Origin: Octopus bimaculoides
Taxonomy: Eukaryota
Assembly (NCBI RefSeq): GCF_001194135.2
Contig: NC_068994.1
Span: 27,329-91,328 of the forward strand
Length of the DNA stretch: 64,000 nucleotides
Direction: 5' to 3'
Position numbers and translations under genes: made by a program. The notes beneath the pieces were generated by a model. It made no database searches, was not told where the DNA came from, and saw nothing but the letters and a program-made list of their open reading frames with translations. Of the stretch, positions 29,501-40,300 are shown piece after piece. The stretch's first letter is position 1; every line of letters starts with the position of its first letter.

Positions 29501-30516
29501 AAAACCTGTGCTAAAACTGCTGCCTTGGATATACTTACTGATAAAAGGCAAGAAAAACCTCTCAACGGTAAATACCCAAAGAGAGCTAATAATACCGATG
29601 TTGACAAAACCCTTACCCATCTATAGTTAGTGTCTTCTGGCTTAAAATCAGAAACAGAAGGGTTTATCATAGCAGCCCAAGATCAATGCCTACCTACAAA
29701 GGACTATCAGGCCAATATATTAAAGAACGGCAGTAGCCCAACATGTCATGTATGTAAACAACAAAATGAAATCATTGATCATGTTGTCTCCATGTGTAGT
29801 TTTCTTGCGCCTACAGAGTATCTCAACAGGCATGATAGAGCAGCCAAATATATTCACCGGATAATTTTCAAAAATCTGGACCTGCCCCATAATAAAAACT
29901 GGTGGGAACACAAACCATCTCCAGTGCTTGAAAATGATCACATCTCACTCCTTTGGAACTTCACCATTCAAACTGATAGAAAGATAGATGCACATAGGCC
30001 AGACATTATATTGAAGGACTTCAGACAAAAATCATGCCTCCTCATTGATATGACTGTCCCAATCAACATAAATGTATCTGTCAAGACCTACCAAAAACTG
30101 AGCAAGTATAAAGATCTTGAAACAGAAATTGGCAAAAGGTAGAACCTTAAGACTAAAACAATACCTGTTGTCATAGGTGCATTAGGAATGATAGCAAAAG
30201 AGGCTGATTGCTACCTAGCTCAGATACCAGGAAACCCCAAAATGGCAGAAATTCAAGAGATAGTGCTCATGGGAACTGCCCATACCCTACATAAAATACT
30301 GTCTATGTAATCTCAAATTTTAAACCAAACTTACAATTTTCTTATGTTTTCTTAAACATTCTCTAGAACAATACTGTGTAAGACCAAATATATGACACCC
30401 TAAGCATAACATCAGCATGAACTTCTAATTTGTTGTCTCTTGAAGTCTCTGGGTGAGACTTGGAGTCAACTTGTACAAATACAAAGCAAAATTCAAACAT
30501 ATAATAATAATAATGA

Positions 30517-30547
<31 letters not shown>

Positions 30548-33500
30548 AAGAAGAAGAAGAAAACAACATTTGAAGAAACTTACTTTGTGTTTGATCAGTG
30601 ATGAGATAAGCAAAAACTTGCACAAGATTCAGACCAAGCAGGATTTCATTTTCTGCCCACTGTCTGTTAAAGATCCAATTGGAGCCAGTTGCTACCAGCT
30701 CTTCTGTTTGTATCTGTGCTACAATCGAACTATTCACTGAAATATATATGACACATCTTCTGTTCAGAATGCCATTGATTCTCCCTTCTCCAATCTCCAC
30801 ACATCCCATAAATAAACCCTCATCACTACCACCAGTAACAACACAAATATCTTTTGATTGGAGTTCAGTCAAATTTGATGTTTCTTCTTTGATATTTGTT
30901 ATTAGAGCAAATCTGGCTGGACCTGGTGGACCACACACCTGAAGAAATTTAGTGACTTTATCCACTTCAAATTTCCATTCACTGCGATGAATGCAACCCT
31001 CTCCAAAACTCTCAGACAAAAGTAACACCCGAGTGGTTCCTTTGGACAATGTGATTAAATATACAGATGCTGAAGTTGCATCTTGCTGGCCACAAGAATG
31101 AGAACAGAGTGCAATTAAGGATGCATGAGGGAGACAGTACGAAAATTCAATCAATTTGGAATGCAAAGAGCCATCATGGTTTGATACAAAAATGGTTTTT
31201 GCCTTATTATTGTTGTTGTTAAGATTTTCTTGGTTATGATATAAACTATAAACAGAGTGTGTACAGCCTTTCACCAACAGTTGACCACTTGAATTAACAG
31301 AAAACTCCCACTGATCTTCACCTTTAATGAATGACTTCTGAAATATATTTCCTTTGTGCCCACTGCGGATGAGATAACATGCACTGACAACTGTGTTTTC
31401 TTGAAGGGCACTGCAGATAATGAGGCTGCAGCCACCTCCATGAATCTTATCATAACAACCATTTACATTGAGTGGGCAATTAGTATATTCTTCACAATCA
31501 TCGCTTCCTTTAAACACGAAGCCATGTCCACAATGTCCATTGACTTTCCAGTTTGACAATAACATCACATGATTTGATCCAGAGAAGCAGTCAACAACGA
31601 GTTCTCCATTCTCATTAGTTATAAAACTATTAGCCGGGATTAAATGACCTGTATTAAAGGTAATTAAAAAAAAAAAGAAAAAAAAGAAAATTAGTATATG
31701 ATTCAATAATTGGTAATAATGATTAATTATTAGCAGTGATGACAGCAACAACAATAATGAAGTAAAACTACATGATGATGCCGTCTTGGCCCTCAAGTTC
31801 TTTCACCATCTGTTTCACATAATTTTTTGAACCTAGCACATTTATACTTCTTTGCATTTCTGAAATCACCTTTATTGTAAACTACTTTCACTCTGATTCA
31901 AAAGTTGGGTCAAGTAATCAAAAAACTCTACATTGACTACAATTGTGCCAAGTTGTTTAGAGGTCACACAAAAGCCCAAATTTATACCCAGTATGCTGAA
32001 CTGAACAATCACTGAGCTAACTTTTTTGTTAATAGTTTTAACCCCCCCCCCCCNNNNNNNNNNATTTTGACCCTGTCAGCTCCATCCATTGCACTCAATC
32101 TCACTTTACTGTAAAACATCACATTTCCTTCCATGTAATTTCCTCAGTCTTCTATTGAGCATAATGTACTACTGAACTCAGACCACTCAGTCAACTGCTT
32201 ACCCATTCAACAATTCATCAATTTCTAACCCATAACCCAAACATCAGCATCTGTTTCTCTTACAAAATCTTGAACCATTATATTCTTTATGGCAATTAAA
32301 CTCATTCAGTTCTTCTATGGATTAATTTGTGCCAAAACTTCACTATATTCCATTAGTAACTATGTTGTTAATCATATTAAATAATATTATGTTTGTTAAT
32401 TTATTAATTATTCAAACAATGTAATGTTAATTGTGATAATTATATAAATAACTAGCTGATGTACCGAAAAAGCAGGGCTTATCCCTTGGTTCAGTTCTCT
32501 TGATTCGCTAATCCAATAACAACAATACAAAGTATGTAGCCCTTAAAATGTTTTTTTATGTACTTACAGAGAATATCGAATTGTCTCACATAGGATCTTA
32601 TTTTTAGGAATTTCTAATAAGTTATGAATAGGCAAATTGTGAAGTCAGTTATGTAATAACATGAAATTAGTTACCCAATAGTAAGAATTCAAATGAAGTA
32701 GCCCTGTAAAGGTCTTTAATGTGTATAGAACTTAGGTGTATATAGAACTTAGGTAGAAATACCAATAAGGCATATATACCAAAATCGTGAAGCATGTTAT
32801 GTAATAACAGGCTAATCAGATATGAGATAATAACAATGCAAAGTAAGTAACTCTGAAAAGGGCTTTTGTGCATTCCCAGAGAATATAACCCTTAGGGGCG
32901 CTAGTGTTGAAATAAATTTACAATGGATATAGAAACAGACTGACATTTAACTTTACAGTAGACATACAAATAAATTTGCATATAGATTTTAAAATAAAAT
33001 AACATGTAGATTATCAATACATTTACAACACTTACAAATATAACAGGTAAATAATAAATACCTGATGATTTGGTGAATCTTATTAAGTTTGCAGAGCTTC
33101 TTGATAAACAACATTTTTGGTCTTTCCTTGTGGGGCATTAATAAACAAATGATTAGGATTGCCAACTCTTGAGCATCTCACATAAAGTTGGACATCGGAG
33201 AAAACTGGTTTGACAAGGTTCAGACCTACCACATCCAAGGACTGCCACTGGGCCTTGTTAATGCTCAGTTTCAATGGGAATTGCAGGTGCTTGTACTGAA
33301 AAGGCATATCCAAGGGAATAAGTGGAATTCTAGGAATCAATACAGGCTCACCGCTTGCTTTACCAGTCAAAAACTGTTGGCATTATCTTCTTTATGCCAA
33401 CAGTCATGTGCCATGGCAAAACTTTGGTGGACTGAGGCCTAAAATTCACTATGCCATATGCCCATGGGCATATGGCGTAGTGGTTAAGAGCGCGTGCTAC

Positions 33501-34275
33501 TAACCCCAAGATTCTGAGTTCGATTCCAAGCAGTGACCTGAACAATAATAATAATAATAATAATGATAACATCGAAAAATACCTTAGGAATGAGAACCCA
33601 GGTTCGAAATTTCCCAAGACACCTGAAGAAGGCTGGAGGGTATATCAGCCAAAACGTTGTGTTAATAACAAACAAGATGAGGAGAAATATCCGTCGAATG
33701 TAAATAATGTACTTAATTATGTAGTTGATAATTATAGTGTTTGAAGTAAACTTACCTTGATAACTTTGAACTATTGAGACTACTGCAAAATGATTGCAAT
33801 TGAAGCCAGAACGCAGCAGAAATATCTGTGCTGTGGTGTTGGACCCTTCTGAGCCATAAGCATTTGATATGAAGACGAGAGAGCAACAGCCACCGTAATG
33901 GCTATTGATATTGAACTTCAATGGAGCATAGCAACGTATGGGCCATTTGCTTTGGGCTGATGACCACAGGCAGCTATATTGTACTAAAAAAGATGAAGAA
34001 TAAATTACTAGGGGATGCCATCTGCAAGAAAAATGATAAAGTTATATGTATAAAACCTCATTAGTTATGCGTTAAAGAAAATATAATATTAATTAGTGTC
34101 TAGTGATTAGAGAATCACTAATTAGCTGTACAATAGTCTATAAGAGTAGGCATGAAAAATGGCACATTTTACTTGACTGAAATAAATTGCTCAGATCAAG
34201 CTGATCTGCAATCAAAGGTATCCAGTCTTATTTTCCAGACATGCTATATACATATACATATATATATACATATAC

Positions 34276-34334
<59 letters not shown>

Positions 34335-37300
34335 TTATCCAGTGTGTCCTGCTTTGTTTAAGATGGTAAAATATGATTTGTGAGAGATTGAGTTGGCTGC
34401 AATTTCTAGCAGATTAAGAATTGCATTGTTAGGCACATGTTTTATAGGGGTCTTCTTTTCATGAAGTGCATGCATCTAACATTGAGGAGCACCCATTTCG
34501 GCATTACATAAAAATCACCAGTGCCAGTGCCACATACACATAGACACCAGTGTTGGTGCCATGTAGATAAGCACTCGTGCTGATGCCACATAAAAAGCAC
34601 TTGTGTTGGTACGATGTAATTAAGCATTCATGCCAGTGTCACATAGCAAGTACCCATAGCAGTGCCATGTAAAAAGCACCCTGTAAAGTGCTTGACATTA
34701 GGAAGGGTATCCAGCCATAGAAACCATACCAAAAACAGACAATTGGAGCCTGTGAAGCTCTCTAGCTAGCCAGTACCTGTCAAACCCTCCAATCCATATC
34801 AGCATGCAAAATAGACATTAAATGATTACGATGATGATGATCTATTTTCGAAGGGATTCCTGTGGTGATCATCTAATATTTTATTCATTCATAGTGTATC
34901 TAGGACTACACTACCTAATATATCTAACATTATAATTATTGTTAAGCTTTAGGCCAATCTCAATCCAGTGGAGCTTATGAGAAAGTAGATGAAGTTCCAT
35001 TGTTATTCCAATAGTATATCAAAGACAACAGTATCTAATGTCTAGTATTGTAATTAGCATTGGGTGTTGTAATTGTTGTTGTTATTTAATCTTGCTTAAC
35101 CCTGACACAGCCAAGCTGTGATCGAAGAGGTTCCAGCCATATCTCTTAAAATTATATTTTGATGAAAGATATTTTGTGAACATTCCACAACCTCTGTTAA
35201 AGTACAGAGCACATGCAACTTTCTGTCTCTGTCAGATACTCAGGTAATTACAGAACCTCAGCAGTTTATTTCATCTGGTTTTAGATGTAATGATGGCTAA
35301 ATGTTATTCTGTAATACAAACAGGTAACATAGCAAGTAATAAATACTGGGTTCTTACCTTATCTGTGATACTGCTGTTCTTATCTCTGCCTCAAATAACT
35401 GTTTTATCTTTAATGTTAAAATATTCTGAAGTTTTAAATTGTTTAGTGTATTGACTGTGGGAAGTACTTGTGATCATGGACAATAAGGAAGGAGGTCAGT
35501 TCACAAAATGCTAGGTCACACTAATCAGATGTGTCATCTGGTGTTATTTAGCCCTGTGTCAGCTCTGACTGAGCAAATATTTGATCAGAGTAATTCCAGC
35601 CGTGAATGTGCATTTTTTTTTCTAAGTCAGTAGTAACCTTGAATTGCATTGTCCAAAACGTCTTTTCCTTTTTCTGTCTGTTTTAAGTTTTATCAGTCAA
35701 ACTCTAAATTCATAATTTCATCTCTAATATCACATTAAAATCTTAGCCATTGATTCATTATTTTTGATTACCCAAGACATTTCTACTTACTGTCTTGCAT
35801 TTGGTTAAATTCCATCTTAGAATTTTCTGTAAAAATGACCTTTGATGTTGACAAAATTTTCTTTTCTGGTTGATTAAAATTTTCTGCAATATTCAAAAGA
35901 TCTGCAGAAAGGGATTCTGTAGAATGTGGTGAATCGAAAGGTTTTCTTCTTACATCAACAGCCAATGGATCCTGTAGTAGTAGAAGTAAATGGAATGATA
36001 AATTTTTGTATGAAATGTTATGTTGTTAGACTATCAGACATTTCAATATTATTATAAACATCAGACTAGTAACTTCACCTTCAGAGACAAACCTTTATAC
36101 CTATATCCATATCTGATATTTATATAAATACCTGATGCAAAAAAGAAAGAAAAGGCCACAGCTGTGCAACTCTTTCAAACTACATGTATTTTGAATACAG
36201 CTTGATATGAAGAAGCTTACAAAACAAATCCAAAGAAGAATATTTCATCACTTTAACATTTGCTTTTTTCTTGATGGCACAGATTGGAGATGTTGTGGTT
36301 TGAGTCACTTCTTATTTGAAGTTACTTTTTGATGAGTCAAGCAATATCTCCCTTTTTAGTTGTTACACAGTTTCTATAAAGACAAAATATTGGAACATCT
36401 AACAGATTAAGACTACCATAAGGAAGAAACAAGAAACCCAGAGAAAGACAATAATGAATAGAATCAGAACATTAATTAACCAATTCCTATATTCCTTCAT
36501 AAATAAAGAAATAGACTACTTATGTAACTCTGAAATGAAAGAGAGCAATTGCTACAGATTACCCAAGATCTACGAAAGCTCAGAAATATAGAGAGCCACG
36601 AGTGAACAAAAGAACCAATACATAAGAAACACTAAGACCTGCTCAAAAATATTAAGATTGCTGCTGTTGGTCTCAATTTGAGACCAGCAGCAGCCACAAT
36701 CTCCAACACTACAACTAAGTCATCTTTTGGATATACTCCTTTAAACCCTTATGTCCATTAATACCCAGATATATATGAGACAGCATGGATTTTCTCAAAT
36801 ATATTCCACTCACTGTCCCATAAGGAACTATCCTTATGAGTTAGAGTTGCCAATTTAGCGTATTTTATGCTAGATCTAGCATTTTTTTTTCAGCATGTAG
36901 CAGAAAATTTTTGAATCTATCATTTAACAGAGAAAATAGCAGATTTAAAAGTTTATTTAGCATTTTTCTCTAAAAAATTATCCTTTTTTCTTTTTTCCTC
37001 CTTTTCTACTTTCTACTTATAGCCAAATTTTAGTACTATCGACTATTATTGAATTTGTCTTTGACTTCAAATGAAAGTTTATCAAGTTATGAATTTTTCC
37101 AGCCCACCCCCACGGCTTGGATACAGAGTGGTGCTGGTGGGGGAGGGGAAGAAGATAACTCATGTCAGCACCTGAACTCACTACACAATAATTTAAATAT
37201 GTTGCAAAGGACGAAAGCATGGAAATTCGTCCTAACAATGCTTTATTCTGTAGTGATGAGTTTTTATCATGACAAGGTTGCCTGATTTACTTTCAGTTTG

Positions 37301-40300
37301 ACTGTTTTAAAATAGCCCTGTGTTTTTTCATGCTTATTTTGGATTATATATCTTGTATAGAAGTAGGGGGGTGGCAGGGTCTCACCCTTTATATTTCTAG
37401 TTTATTTTTGCAAGTATTGTATTTATATTTGTGGTTTTACCAATAGATATTAAATGTAAGATTGGAAGCGAAATATGATGTTCCCAGGTTTATATCAGAA
37501 TACAGTTTAATGATTTCTGCAGATTTTACTTTTCCATTTATAAGTTGGCCACCCTGCACCATGAATCAGTATTGTTCACCTCAAGAATTTGTAAAATTTG
37601 TGAGCAGCAAACATCAGAATTGTTAATGACGAATGTCAGCGGCAAACAGATTTGGTTGTGCTTCCAATTTTATATTTTTAGGTTGTGCTTCCAATTTTAT
37701 ATTTTTATTAATCATTCAATTAATTTTTTTGCTTCCCACTGCATTATAATGAGCAAAGAAAAAACAAAAGTTGTACCAGCAAAAATTCCGAAAGGAATGG
37801 CTTAAGATGTCAGCATTTACTAAGCGGTTGTGTGAAGTACCCAGTGACCGATCTACAGCAAATTGCAGATATTGTAGATGTAATATGTTGTCAAAATATT
37901 CTCTGTTAGTAAGCCACTGTGAAGCAAAGAAACATAAGGCATCAACTCCACAGCAAATGATTCCTCTAACCAATTTTATTAAAACCAAAAATGATAAGAC
38001 ATCTATGCTTGAAGCAAATTTAGCAATGTTTCCTTGTTGTCACTCATCATTTAATAGCTGTGATCACTCAGTAGAGTTATGTAAGAATTATGTCTGATAA
38101 GTGATATTCTATCCAAAGTGAAGATGCATCGTACAAAATGTGCAAATATTGTAAGAAATGTTCTAGCTCCATATTTTGATGGAGATTTGATTTTTGATAT
38201 AGGAGTTAGAAACTTTAGCCTGTTATTAAATGAATCCAAATGATATATCGATAAACAAGTTGTTAGGAATTGTTATCATATATCATAGTGACACTCACAA
38301 AAAAGTGGTAAAAACATATCTCAGTATGGTATCTTTAGAAACATGTGCTGCAGATGGCACTGTAGGTGCCTTAAAAATTGAATTAGTGAAAAAGAAATTA
38401 GATATAAAAAAATTTACTGGCTATAGGCTCTGACAATGTTAGAGTAATGATAGAAGTTAACAATGGTGTTTTCCAGAAATTAGAAGAAGTTCTATCATTA
38501 CTTCTATTTAGATGTGTTTGTCATTCTTTACAGTTGGCAGTATCCCAAATTTAGAATTTTTAGTATCCGAAACCTATGAATGGTCCTCTCATTCTTCAAC
38601 AAGACAAAATACCTACAAACAACTTTACCTTGCTATCAATGATAAAGAACCTTTGAAGATTGTGAATTCTTGTACAACTAGGTGGCTGTCAATGGAACCA
38701 GCTGTAAATGGAATTTTAAGCCAATGGTTTGAATTGCAAACTCACTTCCAAACTACAACTACAAAAGAAAAATGCTTTACGGCACAAACGTTACATGAAA
38801 TGTTTTGCGATTCTAGGAATGAACTTTACCTTTTATTTTCACATCCAGTTTTAAAACATGTTCAGGAAGTGAATAAACTGTCTGAATCAAACAATGTCGA
38901 CAAAACAAAATTACTTGAAGATCTTTCAAATTTGATCAAATCTGTTGCTAATACGATAGTGTTGCCAACATGTAGAATTGATCCTCTTGATCCGGATGCT
39001 TCTATTGAAAAATTTCCGGATCCTAAACCAAATTTAAGCTACAGATTCAAGAGAAAGATAGCAGAAATAATTATCAAGAAGACTGTAACAGCCACCGAAG
39101 AAAACAATATTCGAAAAGGAGCACAACAATTTTTGACTGTGCCTTTAGAAAGAGCTCAAGCACCGTTTGCCAGAAAATATTAATATACTGAGGAAAATCA
39201 AATGATTCTCAGCATTTCAAAGAGCCAATTTTACCTGTCTTAGAAGCAATGCATTTAAATGAAGAAAAAAATTGCTTCAATTGAAATTCAGTTTAATAGC
39301 ATTCGTTTAGTTAAATGGAAAAATACATCTAGTACTGAGGCATTCTGGCTAGAAGTCTTGGAATATAAAAGATGCTAGTGGGGGAAATCCTTTTAGAGAT
39401 GTTGCATTTTAGAGATGTTGACATTGCCAAACTCAAATGCAGGAATATAATTAAAGCAAGTAAATAAAAATGCAAATAAAATAAGTCTTTAGCATTTTTT
39501 TTTTTTTTTTTGTCATATTTAGTGTTTTTTGGCATCTTTCTGGTATTTTTTCTACTGAAATTTAGCATAAAATTCTGATTTTAAGTTGGCAACACTGTTA
39601 CAAGTTTTTATGTTAGTAACCTTTATACTGGTATAACTTACACTTTGGGCCTGGAAGTAATCAAACACAGGATAGAAAAACATAGAAAGAGGATAACTGA
39701 GTGTTTCAAAATGGACTTTAATACCAAGGCTTTGATGGTAAATATGTCAACAAATAAAGGGCACAACCCTGGAGATGAAATTTACACCCTTGTGTGCTAA
39801 CCTAATTATAGGCTTTTTTAGAAGAAAAGTAGAGAAAACTTTTGACCAAAAGTCAAAGAATTATGTCATTGAAAAGTGGAAACTCCTCCTCAAAAACAGC
39901 TTTATTTTGGGGGAGAAATCAAATGATGATCTGCAAATGTTCAATTCTGAACACCCTTCACCAATTTATCAAATTCATGTTACAAACCAGTCGTAGTGAC
40001 TTACCTTTCCTAGACATTCACGTCAAAAAAGATGTGACTCTACATTCACAATGATATATCTTACAAAACACAGACATGCACTAATACTCGAACCTCCACT
40101 ATCACCATCCTTCACACATCAAAAGATGCATTCCATACAGCATGGCAAGATGTATCTGTGCTATAGTAGTTGATCCAAAAATATATAAAATTTGTGTCAA
40201 TGAACTCAAAAGCTTCCCCTTAAAATTACCCCTTGAAATTAATAAATGATAGAATTATGAAGGCAATGAAACTAGACATCATACAACTGAGGACATCTAA

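Noticed and set aside
30425-30740. Poly-Arg and poly-Leu ORFs
   Set aside because: Derived from the LINE (AAT/AAG)n tail and the antisense strand of exon 4.
35357-35425. Candidate minus-strand exon with a strong GTAAGA donor
   Set aside because: Stop codon in the required phase-1 frame.
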